NCBI GenBank assembly: GCA_026387175.1
Contig: JAPLME010000003.1
Span: forward strand, 41,178-105,177
DNA from: Candidatus Omnitrophota bacterium
GTDB lineage: Bacteria; Omnitrophota; Gorgyraeia; 2-01-FULL-45-10
Length of the DNA stretch: 64,000 nucleotides
Direction: 5' to 3'
Below are positions 51,756 to 60,208 of this stretch, one piece after another. The notes below the pieces were generated by a model that was given only the letters and a program-made list of their open reading frames with translations, was not told the DNA's origin and did no database searches. Numbering within the stretch: position 1 is the stretch's first letter; every line of letters starts with the position of its first letter. The translations under genes were made by a program, and so were the position numbers.

Positions 51756-52303
51756 CCCTTTCTACCCGCCTCCATAAGCTTTTCACGCGCTCTCTTCAGC
51801 CTGGAACGGACCGTGTTTATGTTTATATGCAGCGTATCCGCTATCGACTGATAATCGAACCCTTCTATTTCCCTCAAGACGATGCAGGCCCGCTGGTCCG
51901 GGTCGAGCAAATCCAGAAGAGAACTTATTCTCTTTTCGGAGTCGGCCCTGTCGAGCTCCGATCTCACGTCGCCCTGAATCTGCACATCATGCACTACCGG
52001 ATCGTACTCCACTTTGCCGCGCTCATACTTTGCCTTACTCTTTGAATAGTTGATCGCGGTATTGGCGGTAATGCGGTAGATCCAGGTCTTGAACGATGAG
52101 CGGAACCCGAAATTCCTGAGGTTATCATAAACTTTGACAAATACATCCTGCGTGACCTCATCCGCATTATCCCGATTATTGGTTATGCGAAATGCAACAT
52201 TATATACGAAGGTAGACATGGCCTTATATATCTCTTCAAAAGCAGCCACGTCACCCTGAGACGCCTTCATAACAAGTTCATTAGATATATCCGGCATAGG
52301 CAC
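51752..52303 (-). CDS. ECF RNA polymerase sigma factor
   Basis: DEVTQDVF, FKTWIYRI, TVRSRLKRAR. Confidence 0.94.
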   Translation of the reverse strand: MPMPDISNELVMKASQGDVAAFEEIYKAMSTFVYNVAFRITNNRDNADEVTQDVFVKVYDNLRNFGFRSSFKTWIYRITANTAINYSKSKAKYERGKVEYDPVVHDVQIQGDVRSELDRADSEKRISSLLDLLDPDQRACIVLREIEGFDYQSIADTLHININTVRSRLKRAREKLMEAGRKG

Positions 52304-52314
52304 CTTGTACTATT

Positions 52315-52343
52315 TTAGACATTAGCGCGGCCCTGAAAGTTCC
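52315..52343 (-). promoter_or_regulatory. Autoregulatory ECF promoter
   Basis: GGAACTTT-N15-GTCTAA directly upstream of the sigma gene. Confidence 0.8.
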
Positions 52344-52357
52344 CGTTTATTGAAAAT

Positions 52358-52714
52358 TTAAACTGCTTCCCTGGTAGCTATTAAGCTGACACCGGATACG
52401 AGGAAATTCTCGATGATGGTATCGCCCGCCTTGGTGGGTTTTATTATCTTTACCTTCCTCACCTCTTCCATAGCTCTATATAGATCTTTTTTAGAAATGG
52501 GCTTGTTCGTTCTTACAGGAACGAGCTTCAGGGAAAGCCCCTCCGCAAGCACAGTAGTGGTGAATATTCTCGTAGGATTCTCGATCTCTGAGGCCGCATA
52601 TAAAATGCCCTTAGGGCATCTCGCGCCCCGCACTTTTACGATCTTCTTATCCTCAATATCCACAGACAGGCTGCAGCCTTTCGGGCACTCTATGCAGATC
52701 ATATTCTTTGTCAT
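52358..52714 (-). CDS. DUF1667 CxxC protein of the glycerol-3-phosphate dehydrogenase cluster
   Basis: CIECPKGC..CPKG..NPTRIFTTTV. Confidence 0.85.
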   Translation of the reverse strand: MTKNMICIECPKGCSLSVDIEDKKIVKVRGARCPKGILYAASEIENPTRIFTTTVLAEGLSLKLVPVRTNKPISKKDLYRAMEEVRKVKIIKPTKAGDTIIENFLVSGVSLIATREAV

Positions 52715-53688
52715 ATGCGGCCCCTTATATATCCGGCAGCCAGCTTTCCTGCCAATTCGCTGTCGGCCGTTACGGAATCCACGTAGTCATATACCTTGAA
52801 GGCATTGCCGCAGACGAATATGCCGGGCATCGATGTCTCATTTACCGTCTTTGAGACCGGAGAATTAGTTCTCTTGTCTATTGCGACGCCTGCCATCTCT
52901 ATAAGCTCATTTTCAGGTATAAGCCCAACCGATAACAGGATGGTATCGCACTCTATCGTGAACTCCTTTCCGGGGATCACGTCCATCTTATCATCGACTT
53001 TCGCCGCAATAATACTTTCCACTCTGTCCCTGCCGAATATCTTTAACACTTTATGGTTAAAGTACATGGGAATATCAAAATCTTCCACGCACTGGACCAC
53101 ATTCCGGGCCAGTCCGCTGGTCCTCGGCTGTATCTCCAATATCGCTTTTACCTTCGCGCCTTCCATCGTAAACCGTCGAGCCATTATGAGGCCAATATCT
53201 CCGGAACCTATTATGACAACTGATTTGCCCGGCAGGAACCCTTCGATATTTATCAATTTCTGAGCGAGCCCCGCGGAAAATATGCCTGCGGGCCTTGTGC
53301 CCGGGATATGTATCATCTCGCGTGTCCTTTCGCGGCAGCCGGTGGCCATTATCAGGGCTTTAGGCCGTACGGTGAAAAGGCCTCCCGGTTTAAGATATGT
53401 AAGGGTCTTGTCCGGCCGAAGGCGCACGACGAATGACCGCAAGCTTATCTCTATGCCGGGTATCTTTCTTATCTTCTGTATGAAACGATCGGCATATTCC
53501 GGCCCGGTCAATATCTCTTTAAAGTAGTCGAGCCCGAAACCGGTATGTACGCACTGGTTCAACAGCCCGCCCAGATACTGGTCGCGTTCTATGAGAAGGA
53601 TATCCTTTATTCCGCTCTCACGCGCCGCGATGGCCGCCGCCATGCCCGCCGGCCCGCCGCCGACTATGACAAGATCTTTATTTATCAC
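52711..53688 (-). CDS. NAD(P)/FAD-dependent oxidoreductase
   Basis: GGGPAG, LNQCVHTGFG, ATGCRER, GSGDIGLIMARR. Confidence 0.9.
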   Translation of the reverse strand: MINKDLVIVGGGPAGMAAAIAARESGIKDILLIERDQYLGGLLNQCVHTGFGLDYFKEILTGPEYADRFIQKIRKIPGIEISLRSFVVRLRPDKTLTYLKPGGLFTVRPKALIMATGCRERTREMIHIPGTRPAGIFSAGLAQKLINIEGFLPGKSVVIIGSGDIGLIMARRFTMEGAKVKAILEIQPRTSGLARNVVQCVEDFDIPMYFNHKVLKIFGRDRVESIIAAKVDDKMDVIPGKEFTIECDTILLSVGLIPENELIEMAGVAIDKRTNSPVSKTVNETSMPGIFVCGNAFKVYDYVDSVTADSELAGKLAAGYIRGRI

Positions 53689-55117
53689 CTGATCTGTCTT
53701 CCTTTACAATCTCTGAGCCCTTTCCCCTCTTCGTCACGCTAGAGGGCGGGATCTTCATTTGGCCGGAGAGTATCTTCATAAGCCGCGTCGTGCAAAAACT
53801 GCCATGGCATCTGCCTGCCTGGGCCCTGGTCCTGAACTTTATCCCGTCGAGCGTTCTTGCCCCTCGAGCTATTGCCCTGCGCACCTCTGCGGCGGATACC
53901 ATCTCGCATCTGCACACAATATCACCATATTCAGGATCTTCTTTAATAAGGCGCCCAGCCTTTTTAAGCAGGCGATCCGAAAAAAGATGGGCCTCTTCTT
54001 TGCGATATTTATTAAAAATTCTCTTCTTCTTCATTCCAAGGCCGTGCTTCTTCAATATGCCGGTCACCATTAACGCTATAGCAGGCGCGGCCGTGAGCCC
54101 CGGAGACTGTATGCCGGCTACATTAATAAAACCCGGCACTTTATCTTCATGCCGAATGATGAAATCGTCTCCTGCTGCAGGCCTTAAGCCCGCAAAATAG
54201 GCTATTATGTCATTTTCATTTATCGAGGGTACCAGCCTCTTCGCATTGGCAAGCACCTTTTTTAATCCCGCGGCGGTGGTCGAAAGATCCTCTTTGTCTT
54301 CAACGTCTTCCGATGTCGGGCCTATCATAGGATTACCATCGGAAGTCCTGATAACGAGTATACCTTTGGATGCCTTGGAAGGCAGAGGAAATATGAGATG
54401 TTTGGTTAGATGCTCTCTCTTTTTATCGAGAAGAAACTCTTCGCCCTTACGGGGTCTTATCTTAAAATCATCCACTCCTACCATACCCGATATATCGTCC
54501 GCATAGAGTCCGCCCGCATTTATTACAAATCTCGCGCTAAATGTTTTCCCTGAGGTCCTTATCTTAAAACCGGGCTTCTCGGGCGTAATCTCCGTGACCT
54601 TAGTTTCGGTATATATCTCGACGCCGTTCATCACAGCATTCTCGGCGAAGTTATAGACCCACCTGTAAGGACTTATCACGCAGGCGCTCGGAGAATAAAG
54701 CGCCGCTATTACATCATGCGACAGATTCGGCTCATGCTTCCTTAGCCAGGCTTTATTTACGATCTTAAGCCCCGGGACTCCCAGCGCCTTGCCGTCCTCT
54801 TTTAACTGCGAAAGCCGCGAGGTCTCCTCTTTATTGAAAGCGACGATCAGCTCTCCCACTTCTTTTAAATCGATCGAAAGCTCCCTGGCCAATTTCCTCG
54901 CCAGGAGATTGCCCTGGACACATAATTTGCCCTTAAGAGAGTTTGGAGGGTTCTGAGTGCCGGGATGGATAATGCCGCTATTAGATTTCGATACGCCGAA
55001 GGCAAGCTCTGCCTCTTTCTCGAGGAGAGCGATCTTTATATCATAGCGTGAAAGCTCACGTGCTATCGCGGTGCCTGTTATGCCTCCGCCCACTATGCAG
55101 ACATCGTAGTATCTCAT
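53678..55117 (-). CDS. FAD-dependent glycerol-3-phosphate dehydrogenase (GlpA-like) with BFD-like 2Fe-2S domain
   Basis: GGGITG, SKSNSGIIH, SPGLTAAP, VCRCE..GRCHGSFC; follows glpK. Confidence 0.85.
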   Translation of the reverse strand: MRYYDVCIVGGGITGTAIARELSRYDIKIALLEKEAELAFGVSKSNSGIIHPGTQNPPNSLKGKLCVQGNLLARKLARELSIDLKEVGELIVAFNKEETSRLSQLKEDGKALGVPGLKIVNKAWLRKHEPNLSHDVIAALYSPSACVISPYRWVYNFAENAVMNGVEIYTETKVTEITPEKPGFKIRTSGKTFSARFVINAGGLYADDISGMVGVDDFKIRPRKGEEFLLDKKREHLTKHLIFPLPSKASKGILVIRTSDGNPMIGPTSEDVEDKEDLSTTAAGLKKVLANAKRLVPSINENDIIAYFAGLRPAAGDDFIIRHEDKVPGFINVAGIQSPGLTAAPAIALMVTGILKKHGLGMKKKRIFNKYRKEEAHLFSDRLLKKAGRLIKEDPEYGDIVCRCEMVSAAEVRRAIARGARTLDGIKFRTRAQAGRCHGSFCTTRLMKILSGQMKIPPSSVTKRGKGSEIVKEDRSGDK

Positions 55118-56598
55118 ACCGTGAGCGTCCTCTTCACGGCCTCTAGCCAGCCGGCATAGAGCGAGGACGCGGTCTTCTTCGCCATCTTTGGAACAAATAC
55201 TCTATCGGCCTGCCAGCACCTCTTTATCTCGCGAGTATCCTTCCAGTAACCGACAGCGAGGCCCGCAAGATACGCCGCGCCAAGCGAGGTGATCTCTATC
55301 ACCTTTGGCCTTACGACATCAATACCGAGTATATCCGCCTGGAACTGGCACAACAGGTCATTCACTACCGCGCCGCCGTCGACCTTCAGGCTCCTTATCT
55401 TAAGCTTCGAATCTTTCTGCATGGCATCGACCACATCTTTCGTCTGGTAGCATATGGCTTCGAGAGCGGCGCGCACAAAATGGCTCGCATGTGTGCCCCT
55501 CGTGATACCGAATATGGCGCCGCGCGCTTTCTGATCCCAGTAGGGCGCGCCTAACCCGACGAGCGCGGGAACGAAATAGACTCCCGCGTTATTTGCGACC
55601 GAGGCAGCCATCGCCCCAGACTCCGAAGCATGCTTCAAAATCTTTAGCCCGTCTCTCAGCCATTGTATGGCCGCGCCGGCAGTAAATATGGAACCCTCCA
55701 GGACATAGACGGGTTCGGCATTGGCGCCGCAACCGATCGTCGTAATAAGCCCGTGTTTCGAGACGGGCCTCTTCTTTCCCGTATTCATAAGGACAAAAGA
55801 TCCCGTGCCGTAAGTGCTCTTCATCGTGCCGGGTTCGAAGCATGTCTGGGCGAAGAGCGCTGCCTGCTGATCTCCGGCAAGCGCGCATATGGGTATGCCT
55901 TCCTGGAGGCGCCCTATGCGCACCGTGCGGCCGAACATACCTGACGATTTTTTAACTTCGGGAAGGATCTGCCGCGGGATCCTGAATTTCTTAAGTATCT
56001 CCTCGTCCCATTTGAACTCGCCGATATTGAAACACATTGTACGGGAGGCATTCGTATAATCGGTCGCATGCGCTTTACCGCCCGTCAGCTTCCACAATAT
56101 CCACGAATCGGCCGTGCCGAAACATATCTCGCCCCTCTTAGCCCTGGCGCGCAGGCCCGGCACATTATTCAGCATCCACTCGATCTTAGTTGCGGAGAAA
56201 TACGCGTCGATGGGCAGCCCCGTCTTCTTCCTGAAGAACTCCGTCATCCGGGGCCTCTTCTTAAGCCCTTCACAGCGGTCCTGGGTCCTTCTGCACTGCC
56301 ACACTATCGCATTATGGGCCGGCTTCCCGGTCTTCCTGTCCCACATTATCGTGGTCTCACGCTGATTGGTAATGCCTATCGCGGATATAGAAGCATGGGG
56401 TGCTTTGGCAAGCGCTCTCTGTATTGAATCATTGACGCTGTTCCACAGGTCGTGAGGATCGTGTTCCACCCAGCCGGGACGTGGAAAATGCTGGGGAAAT
56501 TCCTGATAAGCACTGGAGACCTTACGCCCTTTCTTGTTGTAGATTATGGCGCGGCTTCCCGTGGTACCCTGGTCTATCGCTAAAATGTATTTTGCCAT
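55114..56598 (-). CDS. glpK: Glycerol kinase
   Basis: DQGTTGSR, GITNQRET, YFSATK, GDQQAALF, GLGAPYW. Confidence 0.97.
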   Translation of the reverse strand: MAKYILAIDQGTTGSRAIIYNKKGRKVSSAYQEFPQHFPRPGWVEHDPHDLWNSVNDSIQRALAKAPHASISAIGITNQRETTIMWDRKTGKPAHNAIVWQCRRTQDRCEGLKKRPRMTEFFRKKTGLPIDAYFSATKIEWMLNNVPGLRARAKRGEICFGTADSWILWKLTGGKAHATDYTNASRTMCFNIGEFKWDEEILKKFRIPRQILPEVKKSSGMFGRTVRIGRLQEGIPICALAGDQQAALFAQTCFEPGTMKSTYGTGSFVLMNTGKKRPVSKHGLITTIGCGANAEPVYVLEGSIFTAGAAIQWLRDGLKILKHASESGAMAASVANNAGVYFVPALVGLGAPYWDQKARGAIFGITRGTHASHFVRAALEAICYQTKDVVDAMQKDSKLKIRSLKVDGGAVVNDLLCQFQADILGIDVVRPKVIEITSLGAAYLAGLAVGYWKDTREIKRCWQADRVFVPKMAKKTASSLYAGWLEAVKRTLTV

Positions 56599-56611
56599 CT
56601 ATCCCCTTCGA

Positions 56612-57370
56612 TTATATCCTTTTTTCCGTCCACTTCAACAGATCCTCAAAAACCTTCTCCTTGCCCAAATCTATCGAAAGCGCATGATACATACCAGGAT
56701 ATTCTATTAATGTCTTGTCCTTGGCCGTAAGACGTTTAAATATTCCGACGCTGACGCGGGAGTCGACTATCTTATCGTCCCCTGCAACGAGAAAAAATAC
56801 GGGATCTTTCAGCTTCTTGGCTAAAATCCATGAAGCCATTTGCATAAATAATATCTTAACGATCGAATGTGATGAAGCCAGGCGATGCTCGCGCTCATCG
56901 GAATCCATCTTCTTTCTATATTCTTCATCGCGAGTGCACATCGACGAATCAAACGGCAGCTTGAATTCTTTTCCCGGATTATAGAGAAGGGATGCGGAGA
57001 TCTTCAGGTAATTCAGCATCGACATCTTCAGTCTACTCCCGAAGGCGGGCGAAAAACAGACAAGGCCGTCGAAGAGGCCGCTTCGCCTCACGACGAGCGT
57101 AAATGATATAAGCCCACCCAGGCTCTCGCCTATCAGGAATATCTTTTTTCCGGGATTATTCTTTACGATTATTTCGCGAAGGCTGAAGATGCCGTCATTA
57201 TAATCTTCGGGATTCGGGCATTCGATAGCGTAAGACGAGATATCATTCTTGATGAAGAAGTCGGCCAGCGCTTCCCATCTTCCGGTGTGGGCTCCGATCC
57301 CGTGCACCAATAAAAAAACGGCTCTGGCTCGAGGGGAGATCCATTGCCTGTAGCCGTTCTCTTCGCTCAT
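56612..57370 (-). CDS. Alpha/beta hydrolase, paralog of 46407-47216
   Basis: VHGIGAH, GESLGG, MCTRD. Confidence 0.87.
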   Translation of the reverse strand: MSEENGYRQWISPRARAVFLLVHGIGAHTGRWEALADFFIKNDISSYAIECPNPEDYNDGIFSLREIIVKNNPGKKIFLIGESLGGLISFTLVVRRSGLFDGLVCFSPAFGSRLKMSMLNYLKISASLLYNPGKEFKLPFDSSMCTRDEEYRKKMDSDEREHRLASSHSIVKILFMQMASWILAKKLKDPVFFLVAGDDKIVDSRVSVGIFKRLTAKDKTLIEYPGMYHALSIDLGKEKVFEDLLKWTEKRI

Positions 57371-57396
57371 CCGGACAAGACCTCTGATGTAGGCAT

Positions 57397-58458
57397 TTAA
57401 AAGTAGTTATTAAATATTTCGACTACTTTGGCATGAATACGTTTAGCCGGGCTTGAAGTAAGGGCTAGCTTCTTTTCATAGGCATATCCGCAAAGTCCTA
57501 TCGCTGTCGCAAGGCGCACGCCGTCGAGTCCGGAGATATCGCCCTGCGTCCCCCGAAGCGTGCCCATTTTGACGGGGTGAGAAAGCTTTTCTTCCAGAAA
57601 TTCTATTACGCCATCGGTAAGCGCATAGCCTCCCGTAAGGATTATCGATTGAGGCCCTACGCTTCTCTTTGAAAGATCCTGGAGGCTCGCGGATATCGCA
57701 GATATGAGTTTGTTAAATAAGGCGCTGGAGCGAAAATCACTCCCCGCATCTCGGCCCCCGAGGCTTATTATGTCAAAGCTGTCAAGAACACCTCCAAGAA
57801 ATATGGAAATTTCTGTAAGAGAATTACCTATATCTACCAGTACGGCGCCGGATTCCTTCGTCTCTTTATCAAGAAGGCTCACTCCGCTCGCTATCCCCGT
57901 AAACGCGATATCTTTCACATCATAGCCGGCGTCATTCACGCATTTATGGATACTCTGAATGTGATTCATGTTTGCCGTGACGACATATGTCTCACAGGCA
58001 AGACGCGACGCATACAACCCAAGCGGATTCTTTATCCATGGCTGGTCATCTATCGAAAAAGAATGGACCACTCTATGTATTATCTCTCTATCGAACGGAA
58101 GATGGATCGTGCTCGCGGCATTGACGCTGTTCTCGATATCGGGGGCCGCTATCTCTCTGCCTCTAAGCGATATGGGGACCATCCCTACGGACTTTGCCCC
58201 CCTGACATCCTCCCCGCTTATGTTCACATATATCTCACCGGTTACTCTTGAGGCCTTACCTTTGAGTTTCGTCAATACCCTGGAGACGGAATCTATCGAA
58301 TCATTAAGATCCACAAGCATGCCCCTGTCGATCCCTCCGGCCTCGCCGGTCGCAAAACCCGCGATATCTAATCGGCCATCCCTATCTATGCGCGCGATGA
58401 CGGCCGCTATCTTCGACGATCCTATATCCAGGCCTGTTACCGTTATTGACTTATTCAC
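57397..58458 (-). CDS. ftsA: Cell division protein FtsA (shortened, divergent)
   Basis: GLDIGSSK, SHS2 region (NPLGL), VDIG, ILTGG, amphipathic C-tail; follows ftsQ. Confidence 0.85.
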   Translation of the reverse strand: MNKSITVTGLDIGSSKIAAVIARIDRDGRLDIAGFATGEAGGIDRGMLVDLNDSIDSVSRVLTKLKGKASRVTGEIYVNISGEDVRGAKSVGMVPISLRGREIAAPDIENSVNAASTIHLPFDREIIHRVVHSFSIDDQPWIKNPLGLYASRLACETYVVTANMNHIQSIHKCVNDAGYDVKDIAFTGIASGVSLLDKETKESGAVLVDIGNSLTEISIFLGGVLDSFDIISLGGRDAGSDFRSSALFNKLISAISASLQDLSKRSVGPQSIILTGGYALTDGVIEFLEEKLSHPVKMGTLRGTQGDISGLDGVRLATAIGLCGYAYEKKLALTSSPAKRIHAKVVEIFNNYF

Positions 58459-58486
58459 TGACGCTCTTCCTCCGATTTTTATATTA

Positions 58487-59281
58487 TTATTTGGGACCTA
58501 CTACAATATCCTTAAACCGCACGTCTATATATCTTATATTATCCAGAGCCAGCCTCGGATCTCTGAGAGCCTTACTGAGCAGATTGAGCCTTTCTCTAAA
58601 ATTTTCCTGTCCTATCCTGATCTCGACGCCGTTCTTCAGGCAGAACGACATATTTCTGGGATCGTACACACTTATCGAGGAGACCCCAAAGGACGATAGC
58701 GAGCGAGCCCGGCGTATCTCTCCCAATAGCTCCAGGGTAAGGTTTAAGTTTTTGCCTGTCAGTCCCGAATTTATCGTCCTGATGTCGAGCCCGTTGATCA
58801 CAGGCAGATCGTTAAGCGCCTCCACCCGACTTCCGCCCGGAAGGATCACGCCATCCTCATCCACAGGATAAAATTTTCCGCTTTTAATCAACGCTACCGG
58901 ACGGCGCAGTTTGAGGCTTATCACCAATTTATCGGGAAGCGAGATGCTGGCTACGACGTCCCTCACATCCCCGTAACTACTCTGTATGCTTTGCGCTATA
59001 TACTTTAAATTTATGTTAAAAACGTTTTTGGACCTATAGGCGTTAAATACCCGGCTGCTTATGGATGATGCCGCGCGCGGATCCAGGAACGAGGCTTTAA
59101 TATCCACCGCGCGCAGTTTAAAGTAATCCGACTGGCGAAGGAATGCCTTTACCAGCATGGCCGCGAATATAAGAAAAAGAAACACTACAAGAACTGTCAT
59201 AGTTTTCGATATGATCACATCCTTGGTCTTGCCGTTTATTTCAGGCGCTTTAAATTTCTTTATTTTTTTAAGCTTTCCCAT
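58487..59281 (-). CDS. ftsQ: FtsQ/DivIB
   Basis: One TM helix, POTRA-like region, RRPVA, YIDVRF. Confidence 0.85.
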   Translation of the reverse strand: MGKLKKIKKFKAPEINGKTKDVIISKTMTVLVVFLFLIFAAMLVKAFLRQSDYFKLRAVDIKASFLDPRAASSISSRVFNAYRSKNVFNINLKYIAQSIQSSYGDVRDVVASISLPDKLVISLKLRRPVALIKSGKFYPVDEDGVILPGGSRVEALNDLPVINGLDIRTINSGLTGKNLNLTLELLGEIRRARSLSSFGVSSISVYDPRNMSFCLKNGVEIRIGQENFRERLNLLSKALRDPRLALDNIRYIDVRFKDIVVGPK

Positions 59282-59290
59282 ATCATCCGC

Positions 59291-60208
59291 CTATGCAATC
59301 AAAGCATTCTCGACCAGTCTAATACATAAATCGTCAAAACTCAAGCCAATTGCCTGCGCTGCCTTCGGCAGCAGGCTCCTTTCCGTCATGCCGGGAATGG
59401 TATTGGCTTCAAGCACAAAGAACCTGGATGAAGAGTCCATGATCATATCGATGCGTGAAAAACATCTGCATCCGAGAGCCAGATGAGAGCTCTTTCCAAG
59501 CGCCTGCGCCCGCTTGGCCGTCTCCTCATCCAGCGGAGCTGGCACAAGGTACTTCGTTTCCAGGTCGGCATACTTTGCCTTATAATCGTAAATATTATCT
59601 TTCGTAACGATCTCTATCACAGGAAGAGGTTCGTCGTCCAATATACCTACGGTAAGTTCCCGTCCCGCGACATACTCTTCGATGAGCGCCAGCTCGCCAT
59701 ATTCAAAAGCTTTATCTATCGCCGCAACAAGGGCATTCTTATCGTTGACGACTGAAAGACCTATGCTCGAACCTTCAAGATGGGGCTTCACCACCATCGG
59801 AAAGCCCAGATGGTAGCAGTCCTCCGGATTGAAATCATCTTTTTCAAATATTATATAGCGCGGCGATGGTATCTCTGAGCGCTCGAAGACGGATTTCGTC
59901 AGGACTTTGTCTAATGCGGTCTTCGAAGCCTCAGGGCGGGATCCTGTATAAGGTATCTTCATATCTTCTAATATCCTCTGGACCGTGCCGTCCTCACCAA
60001 ACCTTCCATGGAGCGCGATAAAGGCTATATCGATCTTATTCTCTTCGATCACGCTCTTAATATCATTCCGCACATCAAGAAGCACGGCGTCAAGGCCTTT
60101 ACGAACAAGGCTCGCGTGCACAGCCCGGCCGCTTCTCAGGCTTATCTCGCGCTCATTCGAAGGCCCTCCCGCCAGCACCCCTACCCTCCCTATCCTCGTA
60201 AGGCTCAT
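59291..60208 (-). CDS. ddl: D-alanine--D-alanine ligase
   Basis: GGPSNEREISL, LHGRFGEDG, YDYKAKY, EANTIPGMT. Confidence 0.96.
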   Translation of the reverse strand: MSLTRIGRVGVLAGGPSNEREISLRSGRAVHASLVRKGLDAVLLDVRNDIKSVIEENKIDIAFIALHGRFGEDGTVQRILEDMKIPYTGSRPEASKTALDKVLTKSVFERSEIPSPRYIIFEKDDFNPEDCYHLGFPMVVKPHLEGSSIGLSVVNDKNALVAAIDKAFEYGELALIEEYVAGRELTVGILDDEPLPVIEIVTKDNIYDYKAKYADLETKYLVPAPLDEETAKRAQALGKSSHLALGCRCFSRIDMIMDSSSRFFVLEANTIPGMTERSLLPKAAQAIGLSFDDLCIRLVENALIA

